DNA from: Pseudomonadota bacterium
Lineage (GTDB): Bacteria; Desulfobacterota; Binatia; Binatales; Binataceae
Length of the DNA stretch: 64,000 nt
Assembly: GCA_021324855.1 (NCBI GenBank)
Contig: JAJPIG010000009.1
Location: 44,138 to 108,137, forward strand
Direction of reading: 5' to 3'
Shown: in pieces, positions 49,201 through 56,738 of the stretch
Layout of the letters: each line of letters begins with the position of its first letter
Position numbering within the stretch: the first letter of the stretch is position 1
Notes under the pieces: generated by a model
The model's database searches: none
Seen by the model: the letters and a program-made list of their open reading frames with translations, nothing else
Told to the model about the DNA's origin: nothing
Program-made: the position numbers and the translations under genes

Positions 49201-49457
49201 TGATCGACTTCATTCACCGCGGTTGCGCGCGTGGACTGAGTTTGGAAGACGCGATTCTGGAAGCCGGTGCGATTCGTCTGCGGCCGATCGCACTTACCGC
49301 GGGCGCCGCGATGTTCGGTTCTGCGGTGATTACTTTGGATCCGATTTTTTCCGGGCTGGCGTGGGCTTTCATCTTCGGCATTTTTGCTTCGACGGCATTC
49401 ACCCTGATCGTCGTGCCTCTGATTTACTACCTGGTCTATCGCCCGGAAGAACGCTAA
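46221..49457 (+). CDS. RND efflux permease (AcrB/CzcA superfamily)
   Basis: 1078 aa. GTGA start/stop overlap with the MFP gene. PREEDPQISVP...PGASAAEVE N-terminal porter-domain pattern. 12-TM organisation. Confidence 0.9.
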   Translation: MNETDPGKLGLTARIVDLFLGSNLSMLLLVASLAAGGIALLVTPREEDPQISVPLADIIVQMPGASAAEVENLVTINLEKRLWEMEGVEHIYSASRPGSAMVTVRFRVGYDGIKSLVQIYNKLESNRDAVPPGVTGWIVKPVGIDDVPILNVTLWSKTESDAMLRRIADEILHRMQQVPDTGRSFVVGGRPRQIRVLLDAEQLAGHDLAPLDIARALRGADANLRAGSFARDNREYVVDSGPFITSAAEVASLVVAVRGQHPVYLRDVARVIDGPAEPDNYTTIGFGPARQYLVKEPGQLRIESVGARATLYPAVTIAFAKRHGTNAVAVAQGLIKQVEALEGVAIPSDVNVLITRNYGETANEKVNELVRELMIAIGIIVVLLAFSLGLREAFIVAIAVPITLAITLVGNLIAGYTINRVTLFALILSLGLLVDDPIVDVENIHRHFRLGTLPRREATLIAVDEVRPPTILATFTVIASFVPMLFVTGMMGPYMRPMPFNVPLAMLTSLVVAFTITPWAAYHLLRHEDSSASAETFDEGATIRRWYARVLRPLLESRRRARAFLFVMVGTFLVSILLVVFGLVPVKMLPFDNKNELQLVVDMPEGTPLESTDAVIRDFDGLLSRVPEVTDFESYVGVSSPFDFNGMVRHYYMRSAPWQADIRINLAPKSVRAQSSHQIALRIRPLVEAIARKDGAKVKIVEVPPGPPVLETIVAEIYGPPTAEYSQLIAYGSKLRDLFDRTGGLVDTDDFRVAAQPHVQFVLDREKAALHGITTTEAARTLTLMLGGEAVDTVHTETERDPLVIEVRLPRAVRSNLDGIMAVKLRGSDGKMVPLGELGEVRTTVEEQPIYRKDLRQVAMVMADTAGISPVNEVLWLQSRTKSLLPPGYTIDWTGEGEWNITVTVFRDLGLAFGAALFFIYVLLVAQTESLAMPLIIMSAIPLTLIGIMPGFFLLDLVSNRPVAGFPDPTFFTATAMIGMIALAGIVVRNSIILIDFIHRGCARGLSLEDAILEAGAIRLRPIALTAGAAMFGSAVITLDPIFSGLAWAFIFGIFASTAFTLIVVPLIYYLVYRPEER

Positions 49458-49546
49458 CTAATTCAGGACGGAACTAGCTGAGCGACTTGAGCGATGAGTA
49501 GCGAACGCCGTCTGGAGCCTGCTGCACTGGCTGAGTCCGCAGGTTG

Positions 49547-49576
49547 GCGAACTGTAGTCTTGCTGCAGTTCGCTTT
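49547..49576 (+). terminator. Possible terminator of the efflux operon
   Basis: GCGAACTG (49547-54) pairs with CAGTTCGC (49566-73), 11-nt loop, followed by TTT. Lies 90 nt after the RND stop. Confidence 0.4.
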
Positions 49577-49808
49577 GACGTTCGGCAACTCGATTGTCGC
49601 AACCGAGAACACCGCGCAGACGTCACTTCCGCAAAATCGCCGGCTATCCCGCGCTGCCCAAACTGGTCGCCGCGCTCCGCGCTCATGACGCCACGCGCGA
49701 CCGCCAGCACATACTTGATAATCGCAGGCAGGCGGCCAAATGACTATTCAGCTGTCACTCAAATTCAACAACCCAACGGAGATCTCCACAATTTCAGCCG
49801 ATGATTCT

Positions 49809-49874
49809 GGAAACATCGGGGACGGCAGGACTTATCGGTTGTTCGACGTTTTTTCGGGATCAGGTTCGACTGCC
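49809..49874 (+). pseudogene. selC (tRNA-Sec)-like relic; does not fold as a tRNA
   Basis: Three collinear blocks resemble E. coli selC as I remember it: GGAAACATCG (49809-18), GGCAGGACTT (49824-33) and CGGGATCAGGTTCGACT (49855-71). The anticodon loop, the 3' T-stem and the 3' acceptor strand are absent. Confidence 0.3.
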
Positions 49875-50034
49875 GCTGGGAGCTCACTTGTCCCCTCCAG
49901 CACCTGTTGAACTCCGTTGTCTTTAAGCAGGCGCCGCCCGACGTGTCCTCTCGGGCTTCAACGGGAAGCGAATTAATGCGGCCAACTCGCGCTAGCTTCC
50001 GGATGCCTGTTGCTCCGCGTTAAGATTTTTCTCG

Positions 50035-51963
50035 ATGCCCTCGCATATCGCCCACGCGATTATCGGCACCGCCGGTCATATCGATCACGGCAAGACCGCG
50101 CTAGTCCGCGCCCTCACCGGCCAGGAGACCGACCGCCTCAAGGAGGAGCGCGAGCGCGGCATCTCAATCGACCTGGGCTTCGCCTATTTCACGCTGCCCG
50201 ACGGCACGCGCGCCGGCCTGATCGACGTTCCCGGCCACGAGCGCTTCATCCGCAACATGCTGGCCGGCGCCCACGGGATCGATCTGGTGCTGTTCACGGT
50301 CGCCGCCGACGATGGCGTGATGCCGCAGAGCGAGGAGCATCTCGACATCCTGCACCTGCTCGGCGCCGCGCGCGGCATTTTCGTCATCACCAAGGCCGAC
50401 CTCGTAGATGAGCGGCGTCTCGCCGAGGTGCGCGACGAAATCGAACTGCTGGCCGACGGGACTGTGATGGCCGGTGCGCCCGTAATCCCGGTTTCATCGC
50501 TTACCGGCGCCGGCATCGACGAGCTGCGCGCCGAGATTATCCGTCAGCTCGAAGGTTTCGAGGCGCGTCGCCCGACCGGCCTGTTTCGTCTCCCGCTCGA
50601 TCGCGCGTTCGTGATCAAAGGTCATGGCACGGTGGTGACCGGCACTGCGATGGGCGCAACGGTTAAAATCGGCGATCGGCTGCGCGTGCTGCCGGGCGGC
50701 GGCGAGGTGCGCGTGCGCGCGATCCAGGTCCATTCCGAGCCGGTCGAGTCGGCGGGGCGGTGCCAGCGCGTCGCGCTCAATCTCTCGGGCGCAGAGCGGA
50801 TCGAGCTCAAGCGCGGCGACGTGCTCGCCGACGCGCGCCTCACGATGGTCACCAGTCGTCTCGATGCGTGGCTCGAAGTCCGGCCCGCCGCCAGGCGTGC
50901 GCTCAAGAGCAACGAGCGGGTGCGATTTTTCACCGGCACGAGCGAGACGATGGCGCGGCTGATCGTGCTGGAGCCGGACGGGAGCATCGCAGTCAAGCGC
51001 GGTGGTCTCGTGCAGCTCGTTTTCAACGAGCCGATGGTCGCGCTGGCCGGCGATCGCTTCGTGATTCGCGACGAGACCAGCCGGCGCACGCTTGGCGGCG
51101 GGCGCGTGCTGAACCCCTATGGACGCAGGTCGCGCCGCCCGCTCGAACGTTATCGCGAACGCCTGACGACGCTGCGCGATCAATCGGGCGCAGCCGCGAT
51201 CGAGGCGCTCATTAATCTTCAGGATAACTTCGCGGTAACCGCGCTCGATATCGCCCTGATGCTCAACGCGCCGCTCGCCGACGTCCGTGCCGCGCTCGCC
51301 GACAATCGCTTCGTGAAACTCTCGCTCGGCGATGAGGAGGGTTACACGACGCGCGGCAAATGGGACGATCTGAAGAACTACGCGGCGGCCGCCCTGAAAG
51401 CGCATCATGAGAGCGAGCCGCTTTCGCCGGGCCTCGAAATGGAAGCGCTGCGGGCGCGACTGCCCTACGAAGTCGCGGCGCGAAATTTTCGTGCGCTCAT
51501 TGATCGGGTGAGCCGCGAATCCGAGATCGTGCGCGAGGAGAGCGTCCTTCGGCTGAAATCGCATCGTGTGCAACTCGGCGGCGAAGACAGCAAGCTCGGC
51601 GCTCGCGTCGCCGAGAAACTCGCCGCCGCCGGTTTCCAACCGCCGGAATTAAAGCAGCTCGCCGCCGAGCTCGGCCTTCCAGCTTCTGAAGTCGGCAAGC
51701 TCCGTACGCTGCTCACTGCGATGGAGCGCGAGGGGCGGGTGGTGAAGATCGCGACCGATCTCTACTTCGATCGCACCCGGTTCGACGAGGCGCGCGCCCG
51801 CCTGCTGAAGCATTTCGAGCGCAGCCCGGAAGTCAGCGCTGCCGTCTATCGTGATCTGTTGGGCGCATCGCGCAAGTTCGCGATCGCGCTGCTCGACTTT
51901 TTCGATCATAGCGGCGTCACCACCCGCGTCGGCGACCTGCGCCGGCTCCGTTCGTCCGGCTGA
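50035..51963 (+). CDS. selB: Selenocysteine-specific translation elongation factor
   Basis: IIGTAGHIDHGKTALVRALTGQETDRLKEERERGISIDLGFA, DVPGHERF and TKADL GTPase motifs. 642 aa with the long C-terminal winged-helix extension expected for SelB. Confidence 0.9.
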   Translation: MPSHIAHAIIGTAGHIDHGKTALVRALTGQETDRLKEERERGISIDLGFAYFTLPDGTRAGLIDVPGHERFIRNMLAGAHGIDLVLFTVAADDGVMPQSEEHLDILHLLGAARGIFVITKADLVDERRLAEVRDEIELLADGTVMAGAPVIPVSSLTGAGIDELRAEIIRQLEGFEARRPTGLFRLPLDRAFVIKGHGTVVTGTAMGATVKIGDRLRVLPGGGEVRVRAIQVHSEPVESAGRCQRVALNLSGAERIELKRGDVLADARLTMVTSRLDAWLEVRPAARRALKSNERVRFFTGTSETMARLIVLEPDGSIAVKRGGLVQLVFNEPMVALAGDRFVIRDETSRRTLGGGRVLNPYGRRSRRPLERYRERLTTLRDQSGAAAIEALINLQDNFAVTALDIALMLNAPLADVRAALADNRFVKLSLGDEEGYTTRGKWDDLKNYAAAALKAHHESEPLSPGLEMEALRARLPYEVAARNFRALIDRVSRESEIVREESVLRLKSHRVQLGGEDSKLGARVAEKLAAAGFQPPELKQLAAELGLPASEVGKLRTLLTAMEREGRVVKIATDLYFDRTRFDEARARLLKHFERSPEVSAAVYRDLLGASRKFAIALLDFFDHSGVTTRVGDLRRLRSSG

Positions 51964-51997
51964 CACCCGGCTCGATGCGTGACAAAATCCATCTCCG

Positions 51998-53071
51998 ATG
52001 GCGAAGCGCAAGGACAGCAACGCCGGGCGCGACGAACTGGTCCGCTTGACGGCGCGATGCAAAGCGGCGGGTTGAGCCGGCAAGCTGGGTCCGGCGGACC
52101 TTAAAGCGGTGCTGGCGCGGCTCGACTTGGGGAGCCATCCCGATCTGTTGGTCGGCATCGGGACGGGCGATGACGCCGGGGTCTATCGTCTCACCGACGA
52201 AATCGCGATCGTCAACACGGTCGATTTTTTCACGCCGGTGGTTGACGATCCGTTCACCTACGGTGCGATCGCCGCCGCCAACTCGCTCTCGGACATCTAC
52301 GCGATGGGCGGCGCGCCGAAGACTGCGCTTAACATCGTCTGTTGGCCGCAGGCTGGATTGCCGGGCGAGATGCTCGGCGAAATCTTGCGCGGTGGCGCGG
52401 AGAAGGCGCGCGAGGCGGGCGTGGTGATCGTGGGCGGGCATAGCGTCGCCGACGAGGAAGTAAAGTACGGGATGGCGGTGACGGGCGTGATCGATCCGCG
52501 GAGAATCGTGCGCAACGTGGGCGCGCGGCCCGGCGACGCGCTTATCCTGACCAAGCCGCTCGGCACCGGCGTCCTGATGACCGCGCTGAAGCGCGACCAG
52601 CTTGCCGACGAACATTATGCTGCGGCGGTCAAGACGATGGCGACGCTCAATGCCAATGCGGCTGCGGCAATGCTTCGCTATGACGTCCATGCCGCGACCG
52701 ATATCACCGGTTTCGGACTAGTCGGTCACGCGATGCAGATGGCGGAGGGGAGCGGCGTCACGCTGGTTATCGAGGAATCCGATCTCCCGTTGCTCCCCGG
52801 GGCGCTCGACGCAATCGCGGCCGGAATGATTCCCGGTGGCGGCAGGCGCAATCGCGATTATTACGGTCCGCGCGTGCGGGTCGGCGACGAGGTGATCGAG
52901 GCGATGGTCGAGATCGCATTCGATCCGCAAACTTCGGGCGGGTTGCTGATCGCGCTGCCGCAGAAGGAATCGATCGCGTTGCTCGCCGATCTCCAGTCCG
53001 GCGGGAATCTCGAGGCCGAGATCGTCGGCCGGGTTGAGCCGCAGGGCGATTATCCGATCGAGCTGGTCTAA
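51998..53071 (+). CDS. selD: Selenide, water dikinase (selenophosphate synthetase), Sec-containing form; UGA at 52073-52075 read as selenocysteine
   Basis: The listed ORF (52109-53071) matches SelD from about residue 38 onward (DDAGVY, DFFTPVVDDPFTYGAIAAANSLSDIYAMGG, GGHS, DITGFGL, DPQTSGGLL). The same frame upstream reads MAKRKDSNAGRDELVRLTARCKAAG-TGA-AGKLGPADLKAVLARL, which aligns with E. coli [24 protein letters not shown]. Confidence 0.85.
52076..52100 (+). other. Candidate bacterial SECIS hairpin directly 3' of the selD UGA
   Basis: Two alternative stems: GCCGG (52076-80) with CCGGC (52091-95), giving a G/U-containing 10-nt loop, or GGTCC (52088-92) with GGACC (52096-100). I cannot decide between them by hand. 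Confidence 0.4.
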
Positions 53072-54039
53072 TCCGAAGATCGCTCGCCGGGGAAGCTCGC
53101 GCGCACGAGTGGGATAACCTCGCGTCCGATGCGCTCGAGCTGCTCTTCGCGTCCGCTGTCGACGGCTGCATCGAGCACGAAATCGCGCGCGCCGGCCGCG
53201 ACGTACTCCGCGATTTTAGCCGCCACATCGGCGGGCGTGCCGAGCGCGCCGTAACGGCGCGCCGGTTCCGTGAAATCCATCGCATAGCGGCGGCTAAGAC
53301 TTGCGGTCGCGATCTGATGCGCCCGTTCATGATTCTCGGCGAGCGTGAAAAAAAGGAACACGCCGGTGCCGAAGCGCTCCAGGCGCCGCCCGGCGCGCTC
53401 CGCCTCGCGCCCGATGAAATCCAGGCCCTCGGCGTAGCGCTTCGCCGTGATGACGTACGGCACCCATCCGTCGCCCAGGCGCGCCGCGCGCCGCTGTGCG
53501 GCTTCGGCGCGCCCGCCGATCCAGATCGGCGGCCCGCCAACCGTCGCCGGATGCGGCTCGACCGCGACATCTTCGAAACTGTAGTAGCGTCCGCGATGCG
53601 TCACACGGGGCTCGGTCCACAGCCGCTTGATGATTTCGAGCGCTTCGTTGGTGCGCCCGCCGCGCTCGGCAACCGGCACGCCGCACGCCTGCCATTCACG
53701 CGGGAACTCGCCGCCCACGCCGACGCCAAAAATGAACCGGCCCGCGCCGAGCATCCGATCGACCGTCGCGACCATCTTGGCTGTCGCGGCTGGCGCTCGC
53801 AGCGCGAGCAGGTAGACACCGGTCCCGAACAAGAGATGCGACTCCAAGGCGCCCAGGAAAGCGATTTCGATCAGCGGATCGTTCACCGGGCCGGTGAACG
53901 AGACGTGATCGCCCGCCCAGACGCTGTCGAAGCCCGCCTCTGCGATGCGCTTGATCGTGCGGCGCGCGCGCTCGCCGTCGAACGCCCAGGCCTGAGCGCC
54001 GAAGCGCAGCCGGGGAGCAAGCGGAATTGCGTCGCTCAT
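53068..54039 (-). CDS. Luciferase-like (LLM class) flavin/F420-dependent oxidoreductase
   Basis: Start trimmed to MSDAIPLAPRLRFGAQAW. AGFDSVWAGDHVSF and the later GGRTNEALEIIKRLW pattern typical of LLM proteins. The 3' end overlaps the convergent selD stop by 4 nt. Confidence 0.75.
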   Translation of the reverse strand: MSDAIPLAPRLRFGAQAWAFDGERARRTIKRIAEAGFDSVWAGDHVSFTGPVNDPLIEIAFLGALESHLLFGTGVYLLALRAPAATAKMVATVDRMLGAGRFIFGVGVGGEFPREWQACGVPVAERGGRTNEALEIIKRLWTEPRVTHRGRYYSFEDVAVEPHPATVGGPPIWIGGRAEAAQRRAARLGDGWVPYVITAKRYAEGLDFIGREAERAGRRLERFGTGVFLFFTLAENHERAHQIATASLSRRYAMDFTEPARRYGALGTPADVAAKIAEYVAAGARDFVLDAAVDSGREEQLERIGREVIPLVRASFPGERSSD

Positions 54040-54110
54040 CGGAAAATCGCCGTTGACGAGTTCATCGAGCACAGGGATAGCCGATACGCCCCCAAAGTCA
54101 ACCACGGGGG

Positions 54111-55541
54111 ATGCGATTGACTTTGCGATGCGCCGCCGTTAAGCACCAGCGCATCGTGGCAATCGCGACCGGCAGACTCGAGCCGCTTTTCCGATCGCGC
54201 GGCGGGGCCCAATCGCCGACCATCGCGTTCACGCAAGGCTGCTTTTTGGCTGCACTCGCGATCGTCGCGATTTACGGGATCGTCCTCACGTCCAATCACC
54301 AGGAAACGCGATGGCTCCCGCTCTGCGCCGGCACTATCGCATTGGTGGGGCTTGCGCTCACAGCAACGATCGATATTTTCGGCGGCGTTGACGTGTACCG
54401 CCCCTTACCCGGTATCCGCGCTGAAGCGCTCGCGACGTTCGCGGTGTTCACGCTCTTCCTGGCGTTTTATTCGAGCACCGCGACGCTCGATCCGTCGCCC
54501 TACAACGCGCACGTTCGCCAGGCGGTCGCCTTCGTCCACGGCCACACCTACATCGATGCCCCCAATTTCATCGAGCACGCGAGCTTCGGCGGCCACAACT
54601 ATCAGTTGCATCCTCCGCTGCCCGCGATCCTGCTGATGCCGTTCGCGGCGATCTGGGGGATGGGCGTGAATCAGACCGCGTTCTCGATGGTCTTCGGCGC
54701 GCTCGATATCGCGCTGACGTGGCGGATGCTGGGGCGCTTTCGCCTGAGCATCGACGCGCGGATGTGGCTCACGGTCTTTTTCGGGGCCGGCACGATTCTC
54801 TGGTACGAAACCGTGATCGGCAGCAGTTGGGCGCTCTCGATGGTGGTCGCGATCGGATTTACGGTGGCGGCGCTCGACGAGCTCTTCGGTCCGGCGCGTC
54901 CGATCCCGCTCGGAATACTTGCGGGACTTGCCGCGCTCGCGCGCTACGATCTCGCCTTCGACTGGCCGATCTACGTGATTCTTGAATACCGGCGACGCCG
55001 CGCGATCAAGCCGCTGCTCCGGATGATCCCCGGCTTCGCGCTCGCCGCCGCAATCTATCTTTTCCTGAACGAGGTCCGCTATCACAGTCCGTTCGATCGC
55101 GGGGTGTTCCTCTTCGCCGGTCCCGACACGCAACTCTTCGGGCTTCGCTATCTGCCTGGAAATATCTACACGCTCTTGATGGTCGGGCCGAGCCTCGACG
55201 GGCGGTTTCCGTACATCCATCCGCGCTTCGTCGGTCAATCGATCCTGCTCACCAGTCCGGCGTTCGTGCTGGCGATGCGCCCGAGCTTCAAACGCATCGA
55301 CGCGCTGCTTATCCTGATCGCCGCAATCATCGCGATGACGCCGAGCCTCTTCTACTTCACCAACGGGTTTTCGCAGTTCGGCACGCGCCATTACCTCCAT
55401 GCGTTCCCGTTCCTGCTGGTGCTGATGGCGATGGGGGTGCGATGGCGCGCCGATCAATTGACGAAAATCCTGATCGGTTTCTCGATTATCCTGATTGCGT
55501 ACGGCGTGTGGCATTACAGCCACTATGGATTGGTCCCTTAA
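54111..55541 (+). CDS. Polytopic membrane protein, GT-C/ArnT-like glycosyltransferase fold suspected
   Basis: More than 10 hydrophobic helices. The loop after the first helices (HGHTYIDAPNFIEHASFGGHNYQLHPPLP) resembles GT-C family periplasmic loops. Start uncertain. The family call is weak. Confidence 0.45.
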   Translation: MRLTLRCAAVKHQRIVAIATGRLEPLFRSRGGAQSPTIAFTQGCFLAALAIVAIYGIVLTSNHQETRWLPLCAGTIALVGLALTATIDIFGGVDVYRPLPGIRAEALATFAVFTLFLAFYSSTATLDPSPYNAHVRQAVAFVHGHTYIDAPNFIEHASFGGHNYQLHPPLPAILLMPFAAIWGMGVNQTAFSMVFGALDIALTWRMLGRFRLSIDARMWLTVFFGAGTILWYETVIGSSWALSMVVAIGFTVAALDELFGPARPIPLGILAGLAALARYDLAFDWPIYVILEYRRRRAIKPLLRMIPGFALAAAIYLFLNEVRYHSPFDRGVFLFAGPDTQLFGLRYLPGNIYTLLMVGPSLDGRFPYIHPRFVGQSILLTSPAFVLAMRPSFKRIDALLILIAAIIAMTPSLFYFTNGFSQFGTRHYLHAFPFLLVLMAMGVRWRADQLTKILIGFSIILIAYGVWHYSHYGLVP

Positions 55542-55547
55542 GCGGCG

Positions 55548-55817
55548 TCACCCGGGAATGATCGACGGCGCGCGCTCGGCGTCGGAAATCTCGCCGAGCA
55601 TCCGCAGGCCATAGCGAACCATTGCGGCGAGGCGCTCCACTCGCTCGAGCAGTTCCGCCTGCTCCGCGGCCGAGGCGTTCTTGAGCCGGTCGGCCGCCGC
55701 TGCGAGGCTTTCCTTGAGCAATTGAACCGCGCGTTCGAGGCTCTCGCGATCGCGCGCCTGACGGGCGCTGCGGTCACGCGCCGCCTGGATTTCGCTGAAG
55801 CGGATGATCTGCGCCAT
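55548..55817 (-). CDS. Small coiled-coil protein of unknown function
   Basis: 89-aa ORF with a heptad-like Ala/Glu/Leu/Arg pattern and good spacing to its neighbours. No family recognised. Confidence 0.4.
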   Translation of the reverse strand: MAQIIRFSEIQAARDRSARQARDRESLERAVQLLKESLAAAADRLKNASAAEQAELLERVERLAAMVRYGLRMLGEISDAERAPSIIPG

Positions 55818-55868
55818 CGTTCAGATTATCGCCAATCGAGGGGCCGCAGACCAGCGCGATTCGCTGCG

Positions 55869-56663
55869 TCATCGGACGCGCCTGCCGGCGCGGCGCTTGG
55901 CCGCGATGGTTTCGTGCCCGCCGCTCGCGAACCATTCGATCTGATGTGCGATGCCGTTCAGAATATCGACCTCGCGCGGCTTGAGCCTTGTGCGTCCGAA
56001 GATCTCGCGGATCGCAAACATTATGTGATCGGGATTGCCAGCCGGCAGGAAACCGATCCTCACCAGCGCGCGCTGCATCCGCTCGAGCATCGCGTCCGCC
56101 TCAACGACCGTGGCATAGCGGGGCGAGGCGGCATTTCCTTCGCCAGGAGCGTCGAGCGCGAGGCGCAGTTCGTAGGCGACGATCAGCAGCGCCTGCGCCA
56201 CGTTGAGCGAGCGATAATCGGGCGCGGTCGGTATCGTGATGAGCCGCTGGCAGAGTTTGAGTTCGCGATTGGTGAGGCCGGAGTCCTCGGGGCCGAAGAT
56301 GAACGCGACGCGATTTGGCGGCGCGAGCGCGGTTACTTCCGCAATTGCCGCGCGCGGCGCCATTGCGCCCGCGCGATAGAGTCCCGTGCGCGCGGTCGTG
56401 CCGATGGTCAGGTTGCAATCCGCGATCGCGCTGCCGAGGTCCGGGAAGACGCGCGCATTATCCAGCACGTCGCCCGCATGCACGGCCATCCGTGATGCGG
56501 CGGTTTTCGCCGGCCGCCGCTCCGCGACAATTCGCAGATCAGCGAAGCCCATGTTCTTGAGCGCGCGCGCTGCGGCTCCGACGTTGCCCGCCGAGCGCGG
56601 CCGGAAAAGCACGAAGGTAAAATACTCGGCGTATGAATCCATCGCCGCTAGATTGTGTGGCAA
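55869..56663 (-). CDS. SpoU/TrmH-family (TrmJ-like) RNA 2'-O-methyltransferase
   Basis: RSAGNVGAAARALKNMGF, FIFGPEDSGLTN and TIPTAPDYRSLNVAQA SPOUT motifs. Confidence 0.85.
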   Translation of the reverse strand: MPHNLAAMDSYAEYFTFVLFRPRSAGNVGAAARALKNMGFADLRIVAERRPAKTAASRMAVHAGDVLDNARVFPDLGSAIADCNLTIGTTARTGLYRAGAMAPRAAIAEVTALAPPNRVAFIFGPEDSGLTNRELKLCQRLITIPTAPDYRSLNVAQALLIVAYELRLALDAPGEGNAASPRYATVVEADAMLERMQRALVRIGFLPAGNPDHIMFAIREIFGRTRLKPREVDILNGIAHQIEWFASGGHETIAAKRRAGRRVR

Positions 56664-56738
56664 TCTACGCGGGTTTCATAGCGCGCCGCCCGCGTGACAT
56701 CGCGGTTCGGGTTCGTCATCCTATAGCTTGGTTCTCCG

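Noticed and set aside
49474-49710. 78-aa minus-strand ORF in the selB upstream gap, considered as a real small gene or toxin/antitoxin remnant.
   Set aside because: No recognisable family, no RBS and a composition dominated by Arg/Ala/Ser. It overlaps the candidate terminator hairpin of the efflux operon.
49809-49899. A functional tRNA-Sec (selC) gene upstream of selB.
   Set aside because: I tried to fold both strands by hand. There is no UCA anticodon in a 7-nt loop with a paired stem. The GGTTCGACT T-loop has no complementary 3' stem. The only acceptor-like pairing (GGGGAC/GTCCCC followed by T-CCA) places the T-loop 20 nt away from where it must be. I therefore report it only as a relic or similarity.
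49544-50021. Possible UGA-readthrough ORF: ORF 49544-49804 stays open for 73 more codons after its TGA at 49802-04.
   Set aside because: The translation on both sides is Arg-rich and non-protein-like, with no Cys/Sec-family context. An open frame of this length is unremarkable in GC-rich DNA.
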